Part shown: piece by piece, positions 38,172 through 51,949 of the stretch
Layout of the letters: each line of letters begins with the position of its first letter
Position numbering within the stretch: position 1 is the stretch's first letter
Source: Geosiphon pyriformis uo1
Taxonomy: Eukaryota > Fungi > Glomeromycota
Assembly: GCA_016748015.1 (NCBI GenBank)
Contig: JAAOMT010000094.1
Coordinates: 190,520 to 254,519 of the forward strand
DNA: 64,000 nt
Reading direction: 5' to 3'
Notes under the pieces: generated by a model
What the model saw: the letters and a program-made list of their open reading frames with translations, nothing else
What the model was told of the DNA's origin: nothing
Databases searched by the model: none
Program-made: the position numbers and the translations under genes

Positions 38172-39731
38172 ATGTCAAAAAATGCAAACCAAAAGTGAGC
38201 AGCAATCTCCTTGGAGACTAAAAAGGCTCTTTGTTAGTACAAACTAGAGCATCCTGACTACTCAGCAAATAGACTTATCAAAATATTTAATCTAAAGGTT
38301 GACTGCTCCATTGTAACAAAGATACTCGTGAAATCAGACTGATGGATTGAAAAGAATGTATCTGACAACTCTGGTCAATTGACAAAGGACAGGAAAAAAA
38401 TGTTTCCAAAAATAAATGATGCACTAAGAGAATAGATGTTTGGAGCACTAGCTACCAACTGCATTCTTACTGAAAAAATTTTACAAATGAAAGCCCTCAA
38501 GTTTGCTGAAAAGTTTCTGAAAGAAAATAACTTTAAAGCATCAGATAATTGGTTAGAAAAGTTTAAGAAACGTCATAATTTGCACCACATTAAGATGTAT
38601 GATAAAGTAAACAGTGCCTCCTTGGAAATTTTACCAGAGGAACAAAAGAAACTGTGTGAGATTATTAGCAAATATAATCTAAATAATGTTTACAATACTG
38701 ATGAGACAGTATTATTCTTTAGAATACCACCAAATGCAACTTTGGCAACAAGATCTACCTCTGGCACCAAGTGTGATAAGAGTCAAATTACCATATTTCT
38801 TGCTTGTAATGCAACAGGCAGCATCAAGTTGCAGTCTTTAATTATCGGCAAAGCCACAAAGCCATGATGTTTTCGCAATATTAATATGAATGCACTTCTA
38901 ATCACTTATCATTACAATACAAAAGCATGAATGCGAACTGATATTTTTAGTGAATGGCTTAATTTATTAAATAAAGAAATGTGTTGTAAGAAAAAAAAGA
39001 TTTTGCTATTGCTTAATAATACTGGTCCTCATGGTAAAGAACCTTCCATATTATTTAATATTATAATTAAATACCTATTATCCAATACAATATTCTATTT
39101 GCAATCATTAAATGCAGGAATTATTGCATTTTTTAAGGCACAATACCGAAAGTTGTTTCTTTTCCATCTTATTAATCAGTATGATAGCAAGATTCTAATA
39201 TCAACAGTAACATTAAAGGATGCAGTTGACTTTTTAATTAATTCATAGTTAACAGTAACAACAACTACAATCCAAAACTATTGGTGTCATATGGGAATTC
39301 TAAATAATAGTCAAATGTCAGCCCATCTATTAGATATTGAACAAAAACTTTTATAAAAAGTACAAGTTTTTATTGAGCATGTTGATATTAACAAGTTATT
39401 AGCAATAGACTTTATTAATATTGACAAGTTTAAACCATTATTCACTTATGCCTCAGAGGATAAAATTGTGAATCTTATTAACAACAAGTATAGTTGAAAT
39501 TCTAATGCAAATAAAGATTTAGAAAGTAAAAATGAAGATGAACCTTTGCTTTTGCTATCTATACATTAAAGTAAAATTGCACTTGAAGATACATTGTGCT
39601 ATTATAAAGAGCAGTATAGTGAAAAAATTGATTCAGACTTTTTTAAAACTTTGAAAACATTAATTTGTAATACTGTTCTCAAAGTTCAAGAAGAAAAAAA
39701 ACAATTGCAAATAGATAGCTTTTTTAAATAA
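38172..39731 (+). pseudogene. pogo-type transposase (CENP-B HTH + DDE_1), 519 codons, inactivated by stops
   Basis: Single frame from ATG to TAA. FKASDNWLEKFKKRH, VYNTDETVLFF, ACNATG, KILLLLNN, LQSLNAGII (QPLDAGII). C-terminal PIP-box QLQIDSFF. Confidence 0.92.
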
Positions 39732-40908
39732 AATATATATAATTGGTTATTATATTATGCATATAATATATAAATCATGTGATAAAATATTAATCATTTT
39801 TTATAGTCTTATTTCTCTATAGTCACCACAAATGTGCTGACCAAAAAGTGTGATTATAAAGAAAGTTCACTATATTTTGTAAAAAACTACTCTAAAATAT
39901 TTCTTATTATATGTCTTTTATTAAAGCAAAAAATTTTTATATGTTTTTAATTGTCTTTTTAATAAATGTATTTTTGGCTGTTTTTGATTTACAATATTTA
40001 AACTTTTTATATTTTTTTTAATTAATAACAAATATTTGGTAAGATTTATTAATCTTATATTATTTTGAATTAAGTTGCTAACTTTGAAGGTTTTTTATTA
40101 TTAACAACTAACTAAGTTTTAATAAAACAATTAAATTCAAGTTTGTTATCTAAAACTAAACATTTTATTATTTTAACTACTAGCAGTTTTAACTTAAAAA
40201 ACTTTAAAAATTGTCTGTTTTTTGAATAATTAAACTTATTAACTAATGTTTAAAGAAAACCTTATTAGCTAAGTCAATTACTATCTTTTTTAATACTTTT
40301 TATATTAAATTTAAATTACTAGAATTTTTTGTTTTTATAAATTTATTTAGTAATATTAAAAACATAATAGAAGAGTTTTATTTGCATTTTTTATGTTAAA
40401 TTTTTAACAGTTTTTATTAGTCTGATTGTAAATACTTTTTAAATAATTGTTTAAAAAACTTTTTAAACCAACTAAAACCAAAATTATTTTATAATTAATA
40501 TTAAAAAAGCCAAACATGAAATTGATTTTATAATATGTAATTATAAACAACAAATTTTTATTTATTAAAATATAATCAATAATCTTTTTAACTTCTTTAA
40601 AATTGTTTTAAGTAAAAGTCTTAACCAATAAATATCTATTAAAAAAATTAACCAATTTTAAATTCAAACAAAACTTGAAATTTACATTTTTTTTTAATCT
40701 ATTTTTATTGAAATCTCTTTTAAAAATCATAAAAAAGCTGAAATTAATTACTTTAACAATAAAAAAATTAATCTTTAGTACTTAATTAAATTTAGTTTTA
40801 ATAAAAACATTAATATATAAATTTAATATTGTAATTGAAAGCTTATTTCTAAACAAAAAATAAATTAAGATTATTCAATTTGAAATTTCTTTTACTTTTG
40901 AAATATGT

Positions 40909-43204
40909 TGTTACAAATAAATTTGACAAAATATATTTATAATGTTTAGTGTTTGTGATTTAATAATAAAAGCAGTATATAAATTAAATAAATTAGCTTT
41001 GATTGTTTTGTGTATTATCAGTTTTTAAAAGTTTTTTTGTTTAAAGTTTTATCTATTAAATTTTTTTGTTATAAAATACAAAAATGTTGTTTTTTTAATT
41101 ACATAACTATTATTGTGTTTTTTTAAGCTAATAAATATAGTTACTAAGGTTTAGTGTTGTTTTTTTACTTTTCTGGTAAGCTAATAAGAGGTTTTTTTAT
41201 TAAACTATTATAAAATCTATTTTCAAACAATTAATTTACAATATTATTACTTTACAAAAAAAAAAAAAAAAAAAAAATTAAAAAAAATAAAGAAAAATTC
41301 AAAAGAAAAAAAAAGAAAAATTAATATTTTGTTAATCACTATGATCAAAAATTATTGATTTGAGTTGTAAAAATTTTTAAAGTGTTTATGTTAATAGTAT
41401 TTGGTCTAAACAAAGATAAAAAAACAACTAATTTGATTTTAATAATCAAAATATTGGAATTATGTACTTGAAATTTAAATAATAAAATTTTATTAAATTG
41501 GTTGAAAAATATATAAGATACAAATTTATTAAGTTAAGATTAAAATATTAAAAGAAAATTAATTTTTGTTTGCACTTTTTTTTTTTATTTGTTAAAATTA
41601 TTTTTTTTATACATTTTTTCTAATTTTATAGAATTGCTTTTAATTGTTTGTTATAGTTAACTATTACTTATTATTTTAGTTATTGCTTTGTTTTTTTATA
41701 CTATAATTAATTATTTTATATTATTATTAATTATTATGTATTATTTTATATTATTGTGTATTATTTTAAGTTATTTTGTATTATTTTGTATTATTTTATA
41801 TTATTTTGTATTATTTTATGTTATCACATTTTTTTTATGTTATTATATAATAATTATGTTTTTTTAATAATTTTAAATTGGTTTTTTTACTCAAGTAATA
41901 TTATCTTTCTCTTTTAGAATTGAGTTTTTGTAAAATTATATGTATATTTAAAAATTGTTTTTTTAATATAATGTTTAATTATTATGTTAAATATTGCTTT
42001 TTGTAGTTCTTTAAACTAAAAATTTGTTATTTATTTTATATTAATTATTATAATATTTTTTAATAAATTGTTTAATAGTATAATTAAACAATATTTAAAT
42101 GCTAAATATAGTTAGTATATTATCTTATAGTGTAATATCAGATTGTTATTTTTGACAAATTTTTCTTCTTATTTAAAAGCTTTCTGTTGAATATTTTTTT
42201 ATTGTTGTTATATATAATATCTATAGATTTAGTTTTTTGCCAGTTTTAAAAAAACAATATATTAATAAAAATCTTTTTTTTATATTTTGAAGGTTTCTAG
42301 AATCTATTTTTTAATGTTTAGTTTTATAATTAAGTTGTATAAAGCTTTTTTAATTTTTAAATTGTGATTTTTATTGGTGTTATAAATTGTTAAATTGTTT
42401 TAAATAATTGTTGTAAAAGTTTCAGAATTTTATTTAAAAAATTTATATTAAGAGTGTTTTAAGCTTTTTTTCTTTATTTTTTTAGTATTTATATATCTAA
42501 TTTGTATAATTTAAATTTTTGTATGTAAATTATATTCAATTATAATAATTGGTTTCAAATTTTGTAAGATATTTTTAGGTTTGATTAATAATTGAGATAT
42601 AAATAATAACAATTTTTATGTTATATAATAAAATTTTATCTAATTTTTAAGTATAGTTTTTTGAAAATTCATTTTTTTAATTATAGTTTATAAGCTCTAT
42701 TGTTGAGAATTTTATATGTGTAAAATGGTCTATCATACTTTAGATTAAAATTTTCACTTCATTGTTTTTTAACTTTAGTATAATATAATAATACTTAATT
42801 TCTAATTTTAAATCAATTAATTAATTTAATAGATAATTATTATGTTTTTTTTTTGTTGTTCTTAAGAATTACTAATATTGTTAGTTATTATTTTATAATT
42901 GTTTTTCAGTATTTCTATAAGCTAATATGTTTTTTGATATAAAATAACTTCAAAGTTTTTTTTAGTAATTGTTTCTGTTAAAAAAGATAATATTTTTAGT
43001 TTAATAAGCAGTATAATTTTTTTTATAAACTAGTTTAAATAATGTAAATTAATTATTATTTTGTTTTAATATTTAGTATATAAATAATATTGAAAATATA
43101 AATATGTTCTATTTTTGCATATTTTTATAACTTATTTTTGCTAGAGTTTTATATAATATTTGGTTAAATTGTTTTATCAATTCATTTGTTTAAAAATAAT
43201 ATGG
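40909..43204 (-). mobile_element. Gypsy G3: extremely degenerate 3' part (integrase tail, ORF3 region, PPT, 3' LTR 40909-41900)
   Basis: GPF/GAYKL tail remnant ~42680-42765. PPT AAAAGAGAAAGATAA (41901-41915, minus). LTR ends TATTAC/GTAACA, with a 10-bp TACAAAATAA U3 array and a U-rich tract. Confidence 0.75.
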
Positions 43205-45561
43205 TGTTACAGATAATTATTTGAAGCCTTAAAGCAAATAATAAACTCATAATTTGGTATTTAATAGCTGATATTGTTGGTAATATTTAAAGGTCTTAGT
43301 ATTTGAAGGTTATTATGATTGAAAATTTTGATTTGAATCTTTTGTATAATGGACAAAGATTCAAATATTGTTTTCAGTAGCCTCCCAGAATTGCAATTCC
43401 ATCGAATTTCTTTCTTAATGTGATGGTCAGTAATTCTCTTGGTAAGCTATTCTCAATTCTATAAGTGTTTTATTCTTGTTTCACGGGTCTTTTACCAGTC
43501 ACTTTGATGTTAATAACTCCATGTATTACTTTTTAATCAATTAATAAATAATAAACCAAACAAAAAAAATGAAAGAAAATAAAGTAAAAATAAAAGCCAA
43601 GACAAAAAAGAGTTAGTATTCTATTAATAGCTGTGATTAAGAGCTATTGATCCAGTATAGTTAAGTGTTGGATTCTATCAACATAAAGTGTTAATAAAAT
43701 AAAAGTGATGAATATTTTTTAATCAACCAACAATAATATAGATTCAGATGATAATTAATATTTTATTAATATATAATTTGATTTCATTTCAAGTTGTAGA
43801 AAACTACTTTTTAAAGGGAGAAATATTGAATAATTAATTGATTGTAGATATTAATTTTGAGATAAATTCTTAGATGAATTTTGTTTTTTTTGTTTCTAAT
43901 ATTTTTGCAATATATATATATATTTCTTGTTCTATAAGATCTCATATTTTTTTGAGCAATGTGCTCTAATTTATTAACATTGCTTATATTGCTGAACAGT
44001 ATGCTCTAATTTATTAATATTGTTTATATTGCTGAGCAGTGTGCCATAATTCATTAGTAATATATATATTGCTAAGCAATGTATTATAGTTTTCTGATAT
44101 TGTGCTTATATATTAAGTACTATTCTCCTATTGGTCTATTTTTTATTTGTTTTTCCAGCTTTTTTTCTTTGTATAAATAATATTATCTTCTTCTTTTTAA
44201 TATTGAGCTCTGTTGAAATTTTCACTTTGAATTAAGTTTATTATTTCTTTTTTTAATATTGTTTGTTTAATTTTGTTCCTTATTTTTTTATATTAAGAGT
44301 TGTTTATTCTTTTCTACTGGTTAACAGTTATTGTTTCTATTTCTTGGTGTAATAGTATTTCTGGATAGTTTTAAAATATAGTGTGTAGTTGGTAAATTGT
44401 TTTAATGTATATTCTTTAATTTGTTTTTTTTCCAATAAAATTTTCAATCTGTTGTATTATTTTTTGATTGAATATTTTTTTGAATTTATTGATGTATAAT
44501 TCCTGAATATTCAGCTTTTGTTTCAATTAATAATAGCAGTATGCTACTGGAAGTTGTTCTATTTATAGCTTCTAATTTTTTTTATTAGTTTTTTTATTAA
44601 AATTATTTTTGGTATTTTTCCAAAAGTGTTTTTTACTTTTTCTATAATTTTATCTAACCAATACTTTGTTTGGTTCTGTGGTTACTGATATGGGGTTATT
44701 TTTGTTTTTCTTTCTTTTTTTGTGTTTTAATAGCAAATTGTTTGGTGGTTAATAACAATTTCTATGTTTAGTTGTTGTTAATTTATGGCTTGAAATAATT
44801 GTTGAGCTATTAAATGAATGTGGTTTGAAATTTCTATCTTTTATTATTGTTGTTATTGTGTTTATTATGTCTTTATATACTATTTTTGTAAATCAATTTG
44901 ATATGTTTGTATTAATAATTATGATTGATTTTAGATTTTATGGAATCTTATTCAGTTGGATTAGTATTTATTATACTTTCAATTGTGAAATATTACTGGT
45001 AGATAATAATACTATATTGTAATATAATTTCAGTCAATCTCTATGTGCTGCTTTAGCTAAGATTTTGTTGTCTTATCTTAGTTTATAAGCTTTATTTCTT
45101 AGAATTTCTTCAATGTGAAATGGTCTATTCTATTTAGAGTCAAATTTTTTACTCTATTGTTTTTCTACTTTGATATAATATAAAAGTATTTTGTTTTCAA
45201 TCTTAAATTCAAGTGGTTTATTTGGTAATTGATTATTATGTCATTTTTTTTGTTTTTTTTGTAATTTTTGAATGTTATCAGCTGCTTTTCATCTTTTGCT
45301 TTCCAAAGTTTTTATTAATTTGTATGTTTTTTTTAGCAATGGTTTTTGGAAGTTGGCTTCTGTTATTGGTTTTATTAGATATGTGTTAATATTTATTTTA
45401 ACTGATAATGTTGCTATTCTACTATAAACAAGTTCAAATAGTATTACATATGTAATATCTTGCTTTATTGTTTAATAAACAAATAATACTAATAATATAA
45501 ACAAATTTTATTCATCTTGGTTTTTTTGGCTAATCTTGGCTATTGTTTTACACAATGTTCT
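43205..45561 (-). mobile_element. Gypsy G4 (family 1): 3' part (integrase C-half, ORF3, PPT, 3' LTR 43205-44182), inserted in G3
   Basis: Reverse complement matches G2 ~34230-36312 (RTLC.., FKIENK, AYKL). The LTR ends in CTGTAACA at 43205. Confidence 0.85.
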
Positions 45562-48020
45562 GGAATTTCACAATAATGACAACTTTGGTTTTGACTGTTT
45601 AATAATAATGAGTAGTTGTTTTGGTTTTGTTATTGTGGTGACTGATATTTTTGTGGTTGTTGATTTTGTTGGTTGGTAAAATAGTTTTCAATTTTCTTTG
45701 TAAATTGGTCAATTTTTTTTTCCACTGTTGAGCTGGTTTTTCCAATAGCAAGATTCACAAGTTTGGTATAATTTGCTTCTTTTATTGCTATTTCATAGTT
45801 TTTTGCATGTCTAATAGCTGTTAAGTCTTTTGGAGCATGTGGGTGAACTTTTCTGATTAATTTGTCTTTTAATCCTGCTATAAACTGATCTAGAATCTGG
45901 CATTATAATAATAGTTATTGGTTTTCAATTGTCAAATTTGTCTAAAAAGTTTATTAAATCTCCCAAGATAAATTATGACAGTTTTAAATGTTTCTTGCTT
46001 AATATTGTGAAAGCAATTTTAGAGAGTAATAGAGGTGTTGTTGTCAGTAAATTGTTATAAGAAAGCATTTTTGAATGCTTACCAGTTTTCAAATGGTTCT
46101 TCTAAGTTTTCAAACTATTTTTCTGTAGTTCTTTAAAAAAAGTATGGGATAACTTTCAACATTCTTGCTGCTGTCTATTTATTTGCATCTCCTGCTTTCT
46201 GGACTTTGTCAAGTCATTCTTGAGAGCTGGTATTATTATCTTCACCAGTGAATTCTGGAATCTTTGCAATATAAGCAGTTGTCATTTTTTTTTTATTTTC
46301 TGTAATTTCTTCTTGTTTTGATTCAGTTTCTTTACTTTCTAAGTTCTCTGAATAATTACTTTCATTTTCTTGTAAGTAATCAATAATATTGGTGCTGGTT
46401 GATATAGGTTCTTGTTGTTGAATAGGACTTTTGGGTGACTGAAAATCTTCTAGTCATAAGAAATAGATAAGTAGTAAATTTGGTGTTTGTGGTTAAGCAA
46501 ATAAAATTGGAAATGGTGTGACAGAAAGTGGAAGTTTGGTGCTGGTTCCTTGTTCTGAAGTTTGTAAGTGTTTTGTAGTTATTTTTGGTGTCTTTAGAGT
46601 GTTTGGAGTGGTGCTTAAGTGTTGCTTCAGTTTTTGTTTGCCTTTGCTGCTTGTTTCTGTTTCTAATTTAAAGTTAATAAAATATTTAGACTGTACTGAA
46701 TATTTTTTTTTGCAATACTAGATAATGTTAAAATTAAGTTCTTGGAAGTAAGTAGCAAGTATTTCACTGTTAAGGTCTTCAGTTCCCAATCATAAATAGT
46801 GCACTAAATTATTGTAGAAATTGCTTCTAACTTCTGAGATGTTGTAATTTCTAAGAAGATAATTGTTAATGCAGTTTTCAATATACTGGTAAAATGTCCT
46901 CTTAACAATTTCAATTCCGTCTGGAATGTTGAATCTCTGCTTGCAATAGATGTAAATTGACTGGTAATACTTTAGAGTTGTTGTATCTGGTGTGATTACC
47001 ATTTTGAAGTTGTTATTGCTGTGTTATTTCCATAAGAGAGCACCAAATATTACTGAAGGTTTTTGGTCTCTTTTCTTGAATGTTGTTAATTTCTGTTTGC
47101 TGTAAATTCACGTTTTCTAGAAGTAGTTGAACCTCCAATAACTGAATTTATTTTCAAATTATCTCTTATAATTTGAACTGCTGAGCTTATAAATAGAATA
47201 GCCAATTTCATGCCAGTTACTTGTGTAGTTACATTGTAGTAAATGTCAACTCTTGTCCAAGAATTGCTTATCTAGAAGCTTACTAAAAATGTGTAGTTAC
47301 TTTGCTGTAAAAGTCAACTCTTCTACAGAAATCTTGTCTGTAGACTACTCTAATAATTATAATAAGAAAAAAATAAAAAAAATAAAAAAAAAATAAAAAA
47401 AATAGAATTGTGTTAAGAGAAATGTTTCTTATCCAGGCCTGAAATCACTAACAAATTACTGAAATTGGTAGCTAATTAATTTCAAAATGTTAGTTGTGTT
47501 GAGAGAATTTCAAGTGTAATAATCAATAGATTTGGTTTTCGAATATTTAATTTTTATTTGAAATATATAAAAGGTAATTTGTTCCAATTAAGATATTTAA
47601 AGTAAAATACTATGATAAGATACTATAAGAAGATATATTTTCTTGAAGAGAGAAGCTCTTTTTTTATACAACTTTTTGTAGTACTAGTCTTTGAACTTGC
47701 ACTTTTCTCTTTGCTTTAATTTTGGTAAACTAGAAATACATTTTAGCAAATTACAAGTTATTTCACTAAACTATTAATTATTTCGGCCAATTTTTCATTA
47801 ATTTCGGCGAATTTTGACTATATTAAATAGTTCAGAGTATTGTGTAATTTGATCATCTTAATTTCTATGGTACAAATTGAATTATTGGTTAAATGATGAT
47901 AATTGCTAATTTGATTAAATAATAGATAATAATTGAAATAATAATTATATATGTTAATTAATAATAAAAATTATGAGGGTAATTTTATGCTAATTAATAG
48001 CTAAAACTCTACTGGTAATA
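45562..48020 (-). mobile_element. Family-2 Gypsy 5' part: LTR 47048-48020, PBS, gag (ATG 47002) to the first zinc knuckle
   Basis: LTR homologous to 9191-10200. PBS TGGTGCTCTCTTATGG. Gag reads MVITPDTTTL..., AKIPEFTGED, DQFIAGL, and breaks at CHYCEIP. Confidence 0.85.
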
Positions 48021-51000
48021 CTGGTAAAAAACTCATGAAACAAGAATAAAAAACTTAAAAATAACTTATTAAAAAGGCATAACTGTCAAAATAAACCAGC
48101 CACCACACTAAAAACAGAAATTGGAAAAAATCATCAATTAAATTTCTGTTTATTATACAAAAAACTTAATTAAAACTTTCAAATTACAAAATTTTCAGAA
48201 ATCATTATTATTAATAGCTATTGTACACCAAGTTACAAGTTTGTTATTTGTTCTAACATCCTAAATAATTATTTGTAATATTTGGTGCTCCCTGTAAAGC
48301 ATAATTTAACAGAAAACCAACACCAATATTAACTATCTGAAAAAATAGCAGACCAAAAAATCATAAGAGAAAATCACTTAAAATTTATAAAATTTTTATT
48401 TTAACATTAACAAACTCATCTTGAACTAACAAATAATTATTGGCCAGTAAAATTACCCTTCAACTTCTACATTAACAAAAAAATTATATATTACTTAAAA
48501 GGCCAAGAAAATCTAAAAACTGCTATCAGAAATTTTTACAGTAAGCTACTACAACACACTAGTCTTTCACAAAATTATAGTTTTGCTTCAATAATTACAA
48601 AGATAAATTATGAGATCAAAACTTATACCAAACAGAGATTTTTTATTATTTTTGTAGACAAAAAAAAAATACAAATTCTAGCAGAAATACCAAGAAAAAT
48701 ACAACTGTTTACTTAAAAGAAATCAAGAGTTATTTCATCTATTAATTTATCATATTATCATATATCAAAAGCATTATTCAGATAACATTAACAGCCACAC
48801 TTACATCAAAAACACTATTATCTAAAGTACTATTTTAAAATAATCAGGAAAAAACCAAATTATTAGAAATCTATAGCAATTTCTTTGAAAGATTTAAATT
48901 GTAACCAAAAATTTTATCAAAACTTTAATCACTACTACTACAACCAAATTTCGAATTTACCAGTAATTGGACAAACACCAATTCGAAAAAAAATGAAAAC
49001 AGTAATCAGAAAAATAATAATCAAAATCCAATCTCAAATAATCTGGAAAGCCTAATTCCAATTGTTTAAACTTAACAAAACCTGAATAATTTAAACTCTA
49101 CTCCTATTTTTTAACAAGACTTATCTTCAATTATTTCAATTAATTAACTATTAGTAATACTAATTACTATTCAATAACAACTATAACAATTAATACTTGT
49201 ATCAATGGTCTATGTACCAATTACCAAATTAAAAAAATTTACTAGCAAAGAAGACAATGTCTAAACATAGCTAAATAATGTGGCAAAAGCCATCACAACT
49301 AATAAATAAAATAATACCAGAGCTTTTTAAGTCATCTTATATTTCTTACAAGATATTGCAGATTTGTGGTATCAGAATTTAGTAAACAAGTCCAAACTTT
49401 TAATGCATTTAAAGTCATGTTTTTACAATACTTCAGTAATTATAATAGTATTAACTGTCTATTAATTAAGTTTATTATTATTAAATAAGATGATAATGAA
49501 GCAGTTACTACTTATTTAAGATGCTTCCACAAAAATCTGTATTAAATTCAAGCTATTTATACTGACTATTTTACAGCACCACAGATTTTAAATTAATATA
49601 TTTATGGATTATATAATAGTTTGTTATAACAGGTATGCTTATTATACTTAAATACTCTCTAAAACACAATTACACATGTCAGAAATTTTGAATTGACAGA
49701 ACTTAAAACCAATTATGTTTAAGCTGTTAACTTAGTAATAAATAAATTATTTGAACTAAATTCTAAGCTAAAACAATTTAGTCATTCAATTAACCAAAAA
49801 TTAGAAAAATACTTAGCTAATAATCTAACAATCTATTAATTTTTTTAATGTCACAACAGTTCAAAAAATTCCAATTACTTTTAAAATTAGTTGCATCTAT
49901 TATTATCATTAACAAATCAATTGTGGCAGCAAAAAATACATATTTGTTATTACTGTAATAAACAATAATACTTAAAAATAGACTGTAGGACAAGATTAAA
50001 TAACTAATAATCAGAAAATCAATATTGAAATTCTGATTGCAGGTTTCAAACTCCAAACTATATTAACAACTTGTTATTAAAACTATATTAACAACAAATT
50101 TTATATGCATTAATAATACAACTTTCAATATACTTACTATCAATTTATTAAGCACCTGTATTAATAATCTATCAATCACTACAGCCACAAATAATTTATC
50201 AATTCTAACAAACTCAGATGCCAAATTCCAGTCCAAATTACCAATAGAAATTAAAGACTAAAGATTACTCACATTTAACAAAATTAAAGATTAATAATAA
50301 TTATACATCAATTGATTCTTAATTAATCAAACCAACTATTAGAATTATGTTCAAAAAATTTAGAAAATAGATATGCTTAATAATCTCAGAAATCACAATA
50401 CTTAACTCATTAAAAATCAACAAATTACTTACCAACAATATTTTATTAATGATTGTTACCAAAAACAAATTACTTGTTATTATATTTCTTTTTAAATTAG
50501 AAAAATTATCAACAATATTTTTATTTGGTAAAGCTGTCTTTGATACCAAACTTATTATTGTTATGTACACAGACATAAAAGTTAATAACCAATCTATTAA
50601 ACTTATTCTTAATAGTAATTTAGCAGACAGTATTATCACATAACAACTTATAAACCAATTAGGTTACTAAGTTAATTAAGCTGTTAGCATTAGAATTATT
50701 ACTGCTAATAAAATAACAAAAACTTTTATTAATAAAATTAACAATTTTTTATTTAAAATCAATAGTATTATTGTGCTAATTAAAGTTTTTATTATGAAAA
50801 CTACATAATACTAAGCTTTTATTAATAATAACTGGCTGTTCAAACCAATATTGTATTTGACTAAAATACTTAAAAGCTTTAATTAATATTTAATAATTAG
50901 CATATTCAAGTATTTATTATCTGTAATTACTTTAAAACTTTTATAAAAAAGCAATTATTGATTAAGTTAGAAAAAAAAAGAAAAAAACCTATTTGGAAAG

Positions 51001-51259
51001 CCTATTAAGTTTCATAGACTAACAATGAATACAACAAACTATTATTAATATTTTTTTGGAATAACAAAAAAAAAAAAAGGACAAATTACAAGCTATTATT
51101 TTTACAAAAGAAACAACCAACAGTTGACATATCTCATATTTAATTTTGAAGCCAAGAAAACAACTACTTTATATTTTATTTAAGTACAAAAATTGTAAAA
51201 AGAAGCTTTTATTCAAAGAATACTATAAAACATATATCTGTTATTATTGTTAAGTATAT

Positions 51260-51949
51260 TGTTATAGTTGAAACCTATACTTTTTATTAATTATCACATA
51301 TATTAGCCACTGATGTTACATAATTAGCCATTCTATTTTTAGATAGTGATCATTGACTTGATCAATAATCTGACTATTAATCTAATTATTAATTTAGTCT
51401 TTGACCTGATCATTACTATTTTTGATAATTATATAAGCAATGAATCTTTTAGCTATAAAAATACATATAAAAATCAAAGAAAAAAAAGAAATAAAATAAC
51501 AACTTTATCACAATCCTTCTCTTCTTGCTAATTTCTCTTTTCTTACCTTCAAGTATCTGAACATCTTAAAAATAAAAAATTACTTATTGGTTATTCCCTA
51601 CTTTTTTTCTGAAACATGTAATTATAGTATTTAAAGATTATTAAATAAAATATAACTGAAGAGTACATCTGATACTTGATATTGAATTCTAAGAGTGCTG
51701 ATGTGAGACATAAAATTATACCAGTGTGTGATCATTTGTTAACAGTACAAACTATTCCTTTACTTTCAAATTCCCTAGTTATCTTTTAAAAAGTATAACA
51801 ACTGAGATATTTTATGAGACTGATCTTGTACATTGAATCCATACTCATTTAATTTGCTCTTTGAAGTTGAATTCTTTTTGATTCTTTTTATTATCTTACA
51901 ATCCTGTTTTCTTTTGCTATTTGTTAGCTTGTTACTTCAACTCGTAACA
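51260..51949. mobile_element. Solo LTR, family 4
   Basis: TGTTATAGTTGAA...TTCAACTCGTAACA inverted ends, perfect TSD ATAT. Interrupts the G5 Cys-rich domain. Confidence 0.82.

Larger units (their letters stand above)
25692..39872 (+). mobile_element. pogo/Tigger-type Tc1-mariner DNA transposon with internal cargo and nested Gypsy G2
   Basis: Inverted ends TAGTAAACTTTCT (25692) and AGAAAGTTCACTA (to 39872), ancestral CAGTGAAC. Each is flanked by TA (25690-91, 39873-74). TATAGTCAC-like subterminal repeats at both ends. Transposase lies near the right end. Confidence 0.82.

Noticed and set aside
41256-41320. Long poly(A) run suggesting a LINE/SINE tail
   Set aside because: It is the reverse complement of the U-rich tract of the G3 LTR, homogenised by mutation.
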